A stretch of DNA of 64,000 bases from Cetorhinus maximus (GCF_964194155.1 NC_135892.1:110174001-110238000), one strand, 5' to 3'; shown: positions 39,900 to 54,392, numbered from the stretch's first letter. The notes: a model not told the origin generated them from the sequence alone. Numbers and translations are program-made.

Positions 39900-40265
39900 A
39901 CACCAACGCTCATTTTATATAGCACCTTTAATGCAATAAAACATCCCAAAGCCTTTCACAGGAGCGTTCCCAAGCAAAATTTGACAACCGAGCCACATAA
40001 GGAGACTTTTGCACAAGTGTCCTGAAGCTTGATCAAGTGTGGATTTTAAGGAGTGAAAAGGAGGAGAGAGTGGTAGAGAGATTTAAGGAGTGAATTCCAG
40101 AGCTTAGGGCTCAGGCAGCTGAAGACTCGGCTGTTAATCATATGGAAGGATTAAAATCCGGGATGCTCAAAAGGACAGATTTGGAGGATAACAGAGATCC
40201 TGGAGGTTTGCGGGGTTGGGGGAGAACCCGGAGACAGGGAGGGGCAAGGCCAAGGAGAGATTGAG
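39900..40265 (-). mobile_element. L2-type LINE 3' end, antisense (related pieces ~3780-4110, ~16610-17135, ~19250-19400, ~20145-20330)
   Basis: Recurrent tttatatagcacctttaa…catcccaaag…ggagagagtggtagagagattta…gaattccagagcttaggg motif. Confidence 0.55.
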
Positions 40266-41579
40266 GAGGTTTGAATTGGGTCCACTACATTTTCCTAGAT
40301 GTACCAAATACTACTAGTATGTGATGAGTGTTCCAGTTGACTCAGGGAGTCCAAGTTGCTTTTACATGCGTGTTATAGCCTGGAGCTATGGATAGTGGTG
40401 GTAGAGGCTCCAATGTACTTTCCATCACGTGGCTGACCAGGAATCTCTCCCACTTTTACCACTGGCCATTGGCAGGATTTGCAGGTGATTACTCAATGTG
40501 GTTGGTGGTATTACATGGCCATCAATCCCTGGGATGGATCTTGAACACAGGGCTTCTGGCTCAGAGACAGGGACATTGCCCACTGCACCACAAGACCAAG
40601 CTAGTATGTGACACCACTGCTTCCAAACAGAAATAAATGAATGAAGGGATATGACTCACACGGTTGCCATGATGACTGTAAATTTTATTCTTGCACCATG
40701 GGCAAGGCTAGTATTTATTTTCCATCCTGAGTTACCATTTGAAGAGGTGGTGGCGGGCTGTCTTCTTGAGCAGTTTGAGACAACTCATGCGGCCACTTCA
40801 GGGGGCCAGTTAAGAATTAAATGCGTTAGTATGGGACTGGAGTCACCTATCGGTCAAACTGGGTAAGGACGGCAGGTTTCCTTCCCTGAAGGATGTTACC
40901 TTTAGCGGAACCAGTGAGAGTGGGAAAGCGTGAGGGTGGGTGGAAGGAACAATAGCTGGAAGCTGATTGGACTCCCTATGAGGTGCTCTTCATCCCAACT
41001 ACTCCATATGATAGCGAGTTCCACTGGTAGTGGCTACAGTGCTGGACTGCTGACCCAGGGGTTGAAGTTCAGACCCTGTCCTGATAACTTGTGCCCTATG
41101 GGCGAATCCTAGAAATATGCCGGATTGTTTTAACAACCCCGTTGGTTCATTCGTGTTCTTTTAAGAGCTCATCTTCAAACTATGCACTACAATCTTCAAA
41201 GTTCACCTCAGATGCCAGACACTGCCTGATTTTAATGTCATATTTAAGGAATGGTACCGCCAATATCGCAGCACTCCCTGACTACTGCACTGAAATGTCA
41301 GTTCAGATTATGTGCTGAAGTCTCCAATGTGGGATGTGAACATACAATCTTCCAAGGTCAGAGGGGAGACTGTCACCGCTGAGAGCCAAGGCTGACATGA
41401 GTCCCTTGCAATGGCAAAATCCATGAACTTTGCAAAATTACGCAAAACCCGTGGGCAAGGGAGGTATCATTCCTTTTAACGGTGTGGAGATTCAGTAACC
41501 GTGTGTGATGACTAACTCCTTTACCCTTCCTGAAATAACCTGCAGTTACCTGCATATTTCTTCCTTGTCTTGTTAACAG

Positions 41580-41654
41580 CTACCACATCAGCCCACTCCA
41601 GCACTAGCACCACTAACACGCTTGGCACTAACAGCCCTGAGCCCTTCACTTCTG
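41580..41654 (+). CDS. ADGRG6: Ser/Thr-rich cassette exon copy 1 (ATTSAHSSTSTTNTLGTNSPEPFTS), homolog of GPR126 alternatively spliced exon 6
   Basis: tttcttccttgtcttgttaacag| acceptor and TCTG|gtaagc donor; 75 nt, phase 1-1, no stop codon; AT...TTNxxxTN motif. Confidence 0.8.
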
Positions 41655-42572
41655 GTAAGCAAAGTGTGTTTGAATCATTCTATTCTTATTTTGTTACATT
41701 TCCAATTATCAATTACTATGTGCATAATTATAATGGAAAAAACGGATTCAGGGATGTCGTGATATAATTATACCCCCCCACCAGTAGTGGTGTTGCAGCT
41801 CCTCTGTTGGGAGAAGGTTAATCGCAATGTGATGTGTTTTTAAGATAATTCTCCTTATAGATGTGTACGTCGTTATTTGTGACAGAAAATGTTGAGAAAA
41901 AGCCTACACAGGTGTTGAAAATTAAGAACAATTTGCAAAATACCATATTAGAATAATCTCTGGCAGAAAGAATATATTAAATCCAACCGTGCGGTGGTAT
42001 ATTCTGAAATATTGTTTGCTACATGATATGATACAGTAACGTATGGGATATTATGGATCAGAATGGTATAGTATAGTGTGTGTAGTGTAATATATAACAG
42101 TTTGCAATATGCAATTATAGCATATTCTAATACATACATACATACTCACTCACTAACTTACTCGCGCACTCTGGCATGGACTAGATGGGCCTAATGGCTT
42201 CCATCTGTGCCATATTGAATCTATGAATTTATATTATAGTATGTGGGATGTAGTCTATCATGACGGAATGGGTTTCATATATGGTTGAGTGTACAGAGGA
42301 TCTTCTAAATTCACCTCAGATGCCAGACACTGCCTGATTTTAATGTCATATTTAAGGAATGGTACCGTCAACAATGCAGCACTCCCTGACTACTGCACTG
42401 CAGTGTCAGTTCAGATTATGTGCTGAAGTCTCCAATGTGGGATGTGAACATACAACCTTCCAAGGTCAGAGGGGAGACTGTCACCGCTCAGAGCCAAGGC
42501 TGATATGAGTCCTTTACCCTACCTGAAATAACCTGCAGTTACCTGCATATTTCTTCCTTGTCTTGTTAACAG

Positions 42573-42647
42573 CTACCACATCAGCCCACTCCAGCACTAG
42601 CACCACTAACACGCTTGGCACTAACAGCCCTGAGCCCTTCACTTCTG
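42573..42647 (+). CDS. ADGRG6: Ser/Thr-rich cassette exon copy 2 (identical to copy 1)
   Basis: Identical 75-nt exon with intact AG/GT splice sites. Confidence 0.75.
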
Positions 42648-43566
42648 GTAAGCAAAGTGTGTTTGAATCATTCTATTCTTATTTTGTTACATTTCCAATT
42701 ATCAATTACTATGTGCATAATTATAATGGAAAAAACTGATTCAGGGATGTCGTGATGTAATTATACCCCCCCCACCAGTAGTGGTGTTGCAGCTCCTCTG
42801 TTGGGAGAAGGTTAATCGCAATGTGATGTGTTTTTAAGATAATTCTCCTTATAGATGTGTACGTCGTTGTTTGTGACAGAAAATGTTGAGAAAAAGCCTA
42901 CACAGGTGTTGAAAATTAAGAACAATTTGCAAAATACCATATTAGAATAATCTCTGGCAGAAAGAATATATTAAATCCAACCGTGCGGTGGTATATTCTG
43001 AAATATTGTTTGCTACATGATATGATACAGTAACGTATGGGATATTATGGAACAGAATGGTATAGTATAGTGTGTGTAGTGTAATATATAACAGTTTGCA
43101 ATATGCAATTATAGCATATTCTAATACATACATACATACTCACTCACTAACTTACTCGCGCACTCTGGCATGGACTAGATGGGCCTAATGGCTTCCATCT
43201 GTGCCATATTGAATCTATGAATTTATATTATAGTATGTGGGATGTAGTCTATCATGACGGAATGGGTTTCATATATGGTTGAGTGTACAGAGGATCTTCT
43301 AAATTCACCTCAGATGCCAGACACTGCCTGATTTTAATGTCATATTTAAGGAATGGTACCGTCAACAATGCAGCACTCCCTGACTACTGCACTGAAGTGT
43401 CAGTTCAGATTATGTGCTGAAGTCTCCAATGTGGGATGTGAACATACAACCTTCCAAGGTCAGAGGGGAGACTGTCACCGCTCAGAGCCAAGGCTGATAT
43501 GAGTCCTTTACCCTACCTGAAATAACCTGCAGTTACCTGCATATTTCTTCCTTGTCTTGTTAACAG

Positions 43567-43641
43567 CTACCACATCAGCCCACTCCAGCACTAGCACCAC
43601 TAACACGCTTGGCACTAACAGCCCTGAGCCCTTCACTTCTG
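43567..43641 (+). CDS. ADGRG6: Ser/Thr-rich cassette exon copy 3 (identical to copy 1)
   Basis: Identical 75-nt exon with intact AG/GT splice sites. Confidence 0.75.
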
Positions 43642-46600
43642 GTAAGCAAAGTGTGTTTGAATCATTCTATTCTTATTTTGTTACATTTCCAATTATCAAT
43701 TACTATGTGCATAATTATAATGGAAAAAACTGATTCAGGGATGTCGTGATATAATTATACCCCCCCACCAGTAGTGGTGTTGCAGCTCCTCTGTTGGGAG
43801 AAGGTTAATCACAATGTGACGTGTTTTTAAGATAATTCCCCTTATAGATGTGTACGTCGTTATTTGTGACAGAAAATGTTGAGAAAAAGCCTACACAGGT
43901 GTTGAAAATTAAGTATAATTTGCTATATACCATATTAGAATAATCTCTGGCAGAAAGAATATACTAAATCCAACCATGCGGTGGTATATTCTGAAATATT
44001 GTTTGCTATATGATATGATACAGTAAAGTATGGGATATTATGGAACAGAATGGTATAGTATGGTACTACAAGTGTGTAGTGTAAAATATAACAGTTTGCA
44101 ATATGCAATTATAGCATGTTGCAATAGATACATGCATACATACATACATACAAACTCACTCTGGCATGGACTAAATGGGCCTAATGGCTTCCATCTGTGC
44201 CATATTGAATCTATGACTTTATATTATAGTATGTGGGGTGTAGTATATCATGACGGAATGGATTTCATACATGGTTGAGTGTACAGAGGATTACAAAGGG
44301 GAGAATCTTCCCCGTCAAGGAGAGTTCAATCGCCTGAAATTGAGATCAGGTCTGGATCTTGATGCCAGCGTGCCCTCTACTGGGTTTCTCCCAGGTGGAT
44401 TCCGAGGATCTACCTTAGATCTGGTGGGTAACCAACTAAGACAATTAAAAAGGAAATTTGGAGTTCCTTTAATCCTGGATTCTGATGGTTCCAGCCTGGG
44501 CACCTTCTTTCCTGACCTGTCAGCCCCTTGCCAGGGCCACTGAGGCAAGTACACAGTGAGAAGAGCTTTATTTTCAGTGAAACTGATATGTTGGGAAGCC
44601 TTTTATCCTGGCCTGGTGAGAGGCCGCTTTTCAATGCACATCTTGGAGGGCGCCTGACCTGTCAGGAACTTCACTCCCTTTCAGCTGCACTCCTCTGCTT
44701 CCAGCCTTCACCATGACATGGGGGCAGCTTATGTACCTCCACCTCTCTGATGAGGGTCAATAGCAGAGGCCACATTAGCACCAACAGCGCGAGCAGGAGC
44801 ACTCGCTCTCAGCAGCACCTCCCCCAAAAGGGCAGAGGAGATAGACTCAGAAATTCAACTGGAAGGAGGCGGGTCCCCCACCGCCGAGTCTCCAGGTAGA
44901 AGATCAGATGTCTTGACCTGTCTGAACACCAGTCCCTCAGGAGGCTCAGCATCTCCTGTCAGGTCACTGCCTAGTGCAGCAGGTGGGCACATATTCCCAA
45001 TGGCCGGTAATGTGTCAGTCGCTGGAGGGCCACAAGTCACATCCCTGCCCACCCTCGGTGCCTGCCTCTCACCATGTTGTGTGCTCTCTTCTCCTGTAAG
45101 GAGAGAAAGCAGCGAGTTATGAGTGTTCATAATGGCTTGTGTGGGGAGGAGGGATGGACAGTGTTTGTGGAGGATGACGGTAATTCTGTGATACCCAATT
45201 CTGTTGAGAAGTTCCTTTTGAATCTGCTTCCACCGCCCTTTCAGGCAATGCATTCCAGGTCATAACAACTCTCAGAGTAAAAGAACTTCTCCTCATCGAC
45301 CTTCTGATCATTTTGGGTGATGCCCTTTGAGATTGTTTTGGACAACAAGCTTCCCCATAGAATCACATCTTTAATGAAAGTGACTGGAAAATGAGCACAG
45401 GTTTGCAGAAGTTGCTGCTTGTTCTGGTATCCTGGTAGCCAAGATTGATTAGTTCTGCCTCTCTACGTAATCTAATTAGTTTAAAAAAGAAACCCTCTAA
45501 AATGAAAGAGAAACTGTTGGAAGTGTTAGACAGCTGGATCAATATCTATATGGGGAGAAAGAAATCTTAGCAACTTAGATCTGACGCTTCATCAGAAGAT
45601 AAATCACCTCGCTGATGTGCCAGCTGGCATCTAAGACTGGTGAATTCTTTAGGAATATGCTTTATAAGAGCATGAGAAACAAGAGAAAGAGTAGGCCATA
45701 TAAGAGCAGGTCAGAATCTGGGAATTCTACGGTGAGTAACTCACCTCCTGAGTCCCCAAATCCTGTACCAACTACAAGCTACACATCAGGAGTGTGATGG
45801 AAGGCTCTCCACTTGCCTCGATGAGTGCAACACTCAAGCAGCTGGACACCACCCAGGACAAAGCAGCCCACTTGATTGGCACCCCATCCACGACCTTCAA
45901 CATTCACTCCCTCCTCCACAGCAGTATGTACCATCTGTAAGATGCACTGCAGCAACTCACCAAGGCTCCTTCGATAGCACCTTCCAAACTCTCAAACTCT
46001 ACCACCTAGAAGGACAAGGGCTGCAGATAGATGGGAAAACCACCACCTAAATTCCCCTCCAAGTCACTCACCATCCTGACTTGGAAATATATCGCCTTTC
46101 CTTCACTGTCACTGGGTCAAAATCCTGGAACTCCCTCCCTAACAGCAATGTGGGTGTACCTACGCCACATGGACTGCAGCGGTTCAAAAAGGCAGCTCAC
46201 CACCACCTTCTCAATGGCAGTTAGGGATTGGCAATACGTGCTGGTTGACCAATGACGCCCACATCCCTTGAACGAATATTTTAAAAAATTCTTGGAAATA
46301 TATCGCTATTCCTTCAGTGTCGCTGTATCAAAATCCGGGAACTTCCTTCCTAACAGCACTGTGGGAAATGGCTCACAACCACCACCTTCTCAAGGGCAAT
46401 TAAGGATGGGCAACAAATATTGGCCTCACCACAATGCCCAATTCGTGTGAAAGAATAAAATAAAATGGCCCCTCAAGCCTGCTCTGCCATTCCATTAGGT
46501 CGTTGGCTGATCTGATCTTGCCCTCAATTCCACTTTCCTGTCTGTTATCCAGGGTCCTTAAATTCTCTGTAGTTCAAAAATCTGTCCATCTCAGCCTTGA

Positions 46601-47954
46601 ACATGTTCAGTGACTCAGCCTCCACTGTTCTCTGGGTTAGAGAATTCCAGAATTGGGTCCACTACATTTTCCTAGATGTACCAAATACTACTAGTATGTG
46701 ATGAGTGTTCCGGTTCACTCAGGGAGTCCAAGTTGCTTTTACATGCGTGTTATAGCCTGGAGCTATGGATAGTGGTGGTAGAGGCTCCAATGTACTTTCC
46801 ATCACGTGGCTGACCAGGAATCTCTCCCACTTTTACCACTGGCCATTGGCAGGATTTGCAGGTGATTACTCAATGTGGTTGGTGGTATACATGGCCATCA
46901 ATCCCTGGGGTGGGTCTTGAACCCAGGGCTTCTGGCTCAGAGACAGGGACATTGCCCACTGCACCACAAGACCAAGCTAGTATGTGACACCACTGCTTCC
47001 AAACAGAAATAAATGAATGAAGGGATATGACTCACACGGTTGCCATGATGACTGTAAATTTTATTCTTGCACCATGGGCAAGGCTAGTATTTATTTTCCA
47101 TCCTGAGTTGCCATTTGAAGAGGTGGTGGCGGGCTGTCTTCTTGAGCAGTTTGAGACAACTCATGCGGCCACTTCAGGGGGCCAGTTAAGAATTAAATGC
47201 GTTAGTATGGGACTGGAGTCACCTATCGGTCAAACTGGGTAAGGACGGCAGGTTTCCTTCCCTGAAGGATGTTACCTTTAGCGGAACCAGTGAGAGTGGG
47301 AAAGCGTGAGGGTGGGTGGAAGGAACAATAGCTGGAAGCTGATTGGACTCCATATGAGATGCTCTTCATCTCAACTACTCCATATGATAGCGAGTTCCAC
47401 TGGTAGTGGCTACAGTGCTGGACTGCTGGCCCAGGGGTTAAAGTTCAAACCCTGTCCTGATAACTTGTGCCCTATGGGCGAATCCTAGAAATATGCCGGA
47501 TTGTTTTAACAACCCCGTTGGTTCATTCGTGTTCTTTACGCGCTCATCTTCAAACTATGCACTACGATCTTCTAAGTTCACCTCAGATGCCAGACACTGC
47601 CTGATTTTAATGTCATATTTAAGGAATGGTACCGCCAATATTGCAGCAATCCCTGACTACTGCACTGAAATGTCAGTTCAGATTATGTGCTGAAGTCTCC
47701 AATGTGGGATGTGAACATGCAACCTTCCAAGGTCAGAGGGGAGACTGTCACCGCTGAGAGCCAAGGCTGACATGAGTCCCTTGCAATGGCAAAATCCATG
47801 AACTTTGCAAAATTATACAAAACCCGTGGGCAAGGGAGGTATCATTCCTTTTAACGGTGTGGAGATTCAGTAACCGTGTGTGATGACTAACTCCTTTACC
47901 CTACCTGAAATAACCTGCAGTTACCTGCATATTTCTTCCTTGTCTTGTTAACAG

Positions 47955-48029
47955 CTACCACATCAGCCCACTCCAGCACTAGCACCACTAACACGCATGG
48001 CACTAACAGCCCTGAGCCCTTCACTTATG
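47955..48029 (+). CDS. ADGRG6: Ser/Thr-rich cassette exon copy 4 (ATTSAHSSTSTTNTHGTNSPEPFTY; L>H, S>Y)
   Basis: 75 nt with intact splice sites (TATG|gtaagc) and two substitutions, CTT>CAT and TCT>TAT. Confidence 0.72.
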
Positions 48030-48992
48030 GTAAGCAAAGTGTGTTTGAATCATTCTATTCTCATTTTGTTACATTTCCAATTATCAATTACTATGTGCAT
48101 AATTATAATGGAAAAAACTGATTCAGGGATGTCGTGATGTAATTATACCCCCCCACTAGTAGTGGTGTTGCAGCTCCTCTGTTGGGAGAAGGTTAATCAC
48201 AATGTGACGTGTTTTTAAGATAATTCCCCTTATAAATGTGTACGTCGTTATTTGTGTCAGAAAATATTGAGAAAAAGCCTACACAGGTGTTGAAAATTAA
48301 GAACAATTTGCAATATACCATATTAGAATAATCTCTGGCAGATAGAATATATTAAATCCAACCATGCGGTGGTATATTCTGAAATACTGTTTGCTATATG
48401 ACATGATACAGTAAAGTATGGTATATTAGGGAACAGAATGGCATAGTTTGATACTACAAGTGTGTAGTGTAATATTTAACAGTTTGCTATATGCAATTAT
48501 AGCATGTTGACATACATACATACATACATACACTCACTCACTCACTCACTCACTCACTCACTCACTCACTCACTCACTCACTCACTCACTCTGGCATGGA
48601 CTAGATGGTCCTAATGGCTTCCATCTGTGCCATATTGAATCTATGACTTTATATTATAGTATGTGGGGTGTAGTCTATCATGACGGAATGGGTTTCATAT
48701 ATGGTTGAGTGTACAGAGGATCTTCTAAATTCACCTCAGATGCCAGACACTGCCTGATTTTAATGTCATATTTAAGGAGTGGTACCGCCAACAACGCAGC
48801 ACTCCCTGACTACTGCACTGAAATGTCCGTTCAGATTATGTGCTGAAGTCTCCAGTGTGGGATGTGAACATACAACCTTCCAAGGTCAGAGGGGAGACTG
48901 TCACCGCTGAGAGTCAAGGCTGACATGAGTCCTTTACCCTACCTGAAATAACCTGCAGTTACCTGCATATTTCTTCCTTGTCTTGTTAACAG

Positions 48993-49067
48993 CTACCACA
49001 TCAGCCCACTCCAGCACTAGCACCACTAACACGCTTGGCACTAACAACCCTGAGCCCTTCACTTCTG
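48993..49067 (+). CDS. ADGRG6: Ser/Thr-rich cassette exon copy 5 (…GTNNPEPFTS; S>N)
   Basis: 75 nt with intact splice sites and one substitution, AGC>AAC. Confidence 0.75.
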
Positions 49068-52000
49068 GTAAGCAAAGTGTGTTTGAATCATTCTATTCTT
49101 ATTTTGTTACATTTCCAATTATCAATTACCATGTGCATAATTATAATGGAAAAAGCTGATTCTGGGGTGTCGTGATATAATTATATCCTCCGACCAGTAG
49201 TGGTGTTGCAGTTCCTCTGTTGGGAGAAGGTTAATCGCAATGTGACGTGTTTTTAAGATAATTCCCCTTATAGATGTGTACGTCGTTATTTGTGACAGAA
49301 AATGTTGAGAAAAAGCTTACACAGGTGTTGAAAATTAAGAATAAGTTGCAATATACCATATTAGAATAATCTCTGGTAGAAAGAATATATTAAATCCAAC
49401 CATGCGGTGGTATATTCTGAAATATTGTTTGCTATATGATATATAGTAAAGTATGGTATATTATGGAACAGAATGGTATAGTATGGTACTACAAGTGTGT
49501 AGTGTAATATATAACAGTTTGCAATATGCAATTATAGCATGTTGCAATAGATACATGCATACATACATACATACAATCTCACTCTGGCATGAGTTAGATG
49601 GGCCTAATGGCTTCCATCTGTGCCATATTGAATCTATGACTTTATATTATAGTATGTGGGGTGTAGTATATCATGATGGAATGGATTTCATATATGGTTG
49701 AGTGTAGAGAGGATTACAAAGGGGAGAATCTTCCCCGTCAAGGAGAGTTCAATCGCCAGAAATTGACATCAGGTCTGGTTCTTGACGCCAGCCTGCCCTC
49801 TACTGGGTTTCTCCCAGGTGGATTCCGAGGATCTACCTTAGATCTGGTGGGAAACCAACTAAGACAATTAAAAAGGAAATTTGGAGTTCCTTTAATCCTG
49901 GATTCTGATGGTTCCAGCCTGGGCACCTTCTTTCCTGACCTGTCAGCACCTTGCCAGGGCCACTGAGGCAAGTACACAGTGAGAAGAGCTTTATTTTCAG
50001 TGAAACTGATATGTTGGGAAGCCTTTTATCCTGGCCTGGTGAGAGGCCGCTTTTCAATGCACATCTTGGAGGGCGCCTGACCTGTCAGGAACTTCACTCC
50101 CTTTCAGCTGCACTCCTCTGCTTCCAGCCTTCACCATGACATGTGGGCAGATTATGTACCTCCACCTCTCTGATGAGGGTCAATAGCAGAGGCCACATTA
50201 GCACCAACAGCGCGAGCAGGAGCACTCGCTCTCAGCAGCACCTCCCCCAAAAGGGCAGAGGAGATAGACTCAGAAATTCAACTGGAAGGAGGCGGGTCCC
50301 CCACCGCCGAGTCTCCAGGTAGAAGATCAGATGTCTTGACCTGTCTGAACACCAGTCCCTCAGGAGGCTCAGCATCTCCTGTCAGGTCACTGCCCAGTGC
50401 AGCAGGTGGGCACATATTCCCAATGGCCGGTAAGGTGCCAGTCACTGGAGGGCCACAACTCACATCGCTGCCCACCCTCGGTGCCTGCCTCTCACCATGT
50501 TGTGTGCTCTCTTCTCCTGTAAGGAGAGAAAGCAGCGAGTTATGAGTGTTCATAATGGCTTGTGTGGGGAGGAGGGATGGACAGTGTTTGTGGGGGATGA
50601 CGGTAATTCTGTGATACCCAATTCTGTTGAGAAGTTCCTTTTGAATCTGCTTCCACCACCATTTCAGGCAATGCATTCCAGGTCATAACAACTCTCAGAG
50701 TAAAAGAACTTCTCCTCATCGACCTTCTGATCATTTTGGGTGAAGCCCTTTGAGATTGTTTTGGACAACAAGCTTCCCCATAGAATCACATCTTTAATGA
50801 AAGTGACTGGAAAATGAGCACAGGTTTGCAGAAGTTGCTGCTTGTTCTGGTATCCTGGTAGCCAAGATTGATTAGTTCTGTCTCTCTACGTAATCTAAGA
50901 TTAGTTTATAAAAGAAACCCTCTAAAATGAAAGAGAAACTGTTGGAAGTGTTAGACAGCTGGATCAATATCTATATGGGAAAAAATAAATCTTAGCAACT
51001 TAGATCTGACGCTTCATCAGAAGATAAATCACCTTGCTGACGTGCCAGCTGGCATCTAAGACTGGTGAATTCTTTAGGAATATGCTTTATAAGAGCATGA
51101 GAAACAAGAGAAAGAGTAGGCCATATAAGAGCAGGTCAGAATCTGGGAATTCTACGGTGAGTAACTCACCCCCTGACTCCCTAAAGCCTGTACCAACTAC
51201 AAGCTACAAGTCAGGAGTGTGATGGAAGGCTCTCCACTTGCCTCGATGAGTGCAACATTCAAGCAGCTGGACACCACCCAGGACAAAGCAGCCCACTTGA
51301 TTGGCCCCATATCCACGACCTTCAACATTCACTTCCTCCTCCAAAGCAGTGTGTACCATCTATAAGATGCACTGCAGCAACTCACCAAGGCTCCTTCGAT
51401 AGCACCTTCCAAACTCACAAACTCTACCACCTAGAAGGACAAGGGCTGCAGATAGATGGGAACACCACCACCTAAATTCCCCTCCAAGTCACTCACCATC
51501 CTGACTTGGAAATATATCGCCGTTCCTTCACTGTCACTGGGTCAAAATCCTGGAACTCCCTCCCTAACAGCACTGTGGGTGCATCTACACCACACGGGTT
51601 GTAGCGGTTCAAGAGAGCAGCTCACCACCACCTTCTTAAGAGCAGTTAGGGATGGGCAATAAATGCTGGTTGACCAATGACGCCCACATCCCATGAACGA
51701 ATATTTTAAAAAATTCTTGGAAATATATCGCTATTCCTTAAGTGTCGCTGTATCAAAATCCGGGAACTTCCTTCCTAACAGCACTGTGGGAAATGGCTCA
51801 CCACCAGCACCTTCTCAAGGGCAATTAAGGATGGGCAACAAATATTGGCCTCACCACAATGTCCAATTCGTGTGAAAGAATAAAATAAAATGGCCCCTCA
51901 AGCCTGCTCTGCCATTCCATTGGGTCGTTGGCTGATCTGATCTTGCCCTCAATTCCACTTTCCTGTCTGTTATCCAGGGTCCTTAAATTCTCTGTAGTTC

Positions 52001-53379
52001 AAAAATCTGTCCATCTCAGCCTTGAACATGTTCAGTGACTCAGCCTCCACTGTTCTCTGGGTTAGAGAATTCCAGAATTGGGTCCATTACATTTTCCTAG
52101 ATGTACCAAATACTACTAGTATGTGATGAGTGTTCCAGTTCACTTAGGGAGTCCAAGATGCTTTTACATGCATGTTATAGCCTGGAGCTATGGACAGTGG
52201 TGGTAGAGGCTCCAATGTACTTTCCATCACGTGGCTGACCAGGAACCTCTCCCACTTTTACCACTGGCCATTGGCAGGATTTGCAGGTGTTTACTCAATG
52301 TGTTTGGTGGTATTACATGGCCATCAGGCTCTGAGGTGGGTCTTGAACCCAGGGCTTCTGGCTCAGAGACAGGGACATTGCCCACTGCACCTCGAGACCA
52401 CCCTAGTATGTGACACCACTGCTTCCAAACAGAAATAAATGAATGAAGGGATATGACTCACACGGGTGCCATGATGACTGTAAATTTTATTCTTGCACCA
52501 TGGGCAAGGCTAGTATTTATTTTCCATCCTGAGTTGCCATTTGAAGAGGTGGTGGCGGGCTGTCTTCTTGAGCAGTTTGAGACAACTCATGTGGCCACTT
52601 CAGGGGGCCAGTTAAGAATTAAATGAGTTAGTATGGGACTGGAGTCACCTATCGGTCAAACTGGGTAAGGACGGCAGGTTTCCTTCCCTGAAGGATGTTA
52701 CCTTTAGCGGAACCAGTGAGAGTGGGAAAGCGTGAGGGTGGGTGGAAGGAACAATAGCTGGAAGCTGATTGGACTCCATATGAGATGCTCTTCATCTCAA
52801 CTACTCCATATGATAGCGAGTTCCACTGGTAGTGGCTACAGTGCTGGACTGCTGACCCAGGGGTTGAAGTTCAAACCCTGTCCTGATAACTTGTGCCCTA
52901 TGGGCGAATCCTAGAAATATGCCGGATTGTTTTAACAACCCCTTTAGTCATTCGTGTTCTTTACGCGCTCATCTTCAAACTATGCACTACGATCTTCTAA
53001 GTTCACCTCAGATGCCAGACACTGCCTGATTTTAATGTCATATTTAAGGAATGGTACCGCCAGTATCGCAGCACTCCCTGACTACTGCACTGAAATGTCA
53101 GTTCAGATTATGTGCTGAAGTCTCCAATGTGGGATGTGAACATGCAACCTTCCAAGGTCAGAGGGGAGACTGTCACCGCTGAGAGCCAAGGCTGACATGA
53201 GTCCCTTGCAATGGCAAAATCCATGAACTTTGCAAAATTATGCAAAACCCGTGGGCAAGGGAGGTATCATTCCTTTTAACGGTGTGGAGATTCAGTAACC
53301 GTGTGTGATGACTAACTCCTTTACCCTACCTGAAATAACCTGCAGTTACCTGCATATTTCTTCCTTGTCTTGTTAACAG

Positions 53380-53454
53380 CTACCACATCAGCCCACTCCA
53401 GCACTAGCACCACTAACACGCTTGGCACTAACAGCCCTGAGCCCTTCACTTCTG
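53380..53454 (+). CDS. ADGRG6: Ser/Thr-rich cassette exon copy 6 (identical to copy 1)
   Basis: Identical 75-nt exon with intact AG/GT splice sites. Confidence 0.75.
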
Positions 53455-54392
53455 GTAAGCAAAGTGTGTTTGAATCAATCTATTCTTATTTCGTTACATT
53501 TCCAATTATCAATTACTATGTGCATAATCATAATGGAAAAAACGGATTCAGGGATGTCGTGATGTAATTATACCCCCCCACCAGTAGTGGTGTTGCAGCT
53601 CCTCTGTTGGGAGAAGGTTAATCGCAACGTGACGTGTTTTTAAGATAATTCTCCTTATAGATGTGTACGTCGTTATTTGTGACAGAAAATGTTGAGAAAA
53701 AGCCTACACAGGTGTTGAAAATTAAGAACAATTTGCAAAATACCATGTTAGAATAATCTCTGGCAGAAAGAATATATTAAATCCAACCATGCGGTGGTAT
53801 ATTATGAAATATTGTTTGCTACATGATATGATACAGTAACGTATGGGATATTATGGAACAGAATGGCATAGTATAGTGTGTGTAGTGTAATATATAACAG
53901 TTTGCAATATGCAATTATAGCATGTTCTAATACATACATACGTACTCACTCACTCACTCACTCACTCACTCACTCACTCACTCACTCACTCAGGCATGGA
54001 CAAGATGGGCCTAATGGCTTCCATCTGTGCCATATTGAATCTATGACTTTATATTATAGTATGTGGGGTGTAGTCTATCATGATGGAATGGATTTCATAT
54101 ATGGTTGAGTGTACAGAGGATCTTCTAAATTCACCTCAGATGCCAGACACTGCCTGATTTTAATGTCATATTTAAGGAATGGTACCGCCAACAATGCAGC
54201 ACTCCCTGACTGCTGCACTGAAATGTCAGTTCAGATTATGTGCTGAAGTCTCCAATGTGGGATGTGAACATACAACCTTCCAAGGTCAGAGGGGAGACTG
54301 TCACCGCTGAGAGCCAAGGCTGACATGAGTCCTTTACCCTACCTGAAATAACCTGCAGTTACCTGCATATTTCTTCCTTGTCTTGTTAACAG

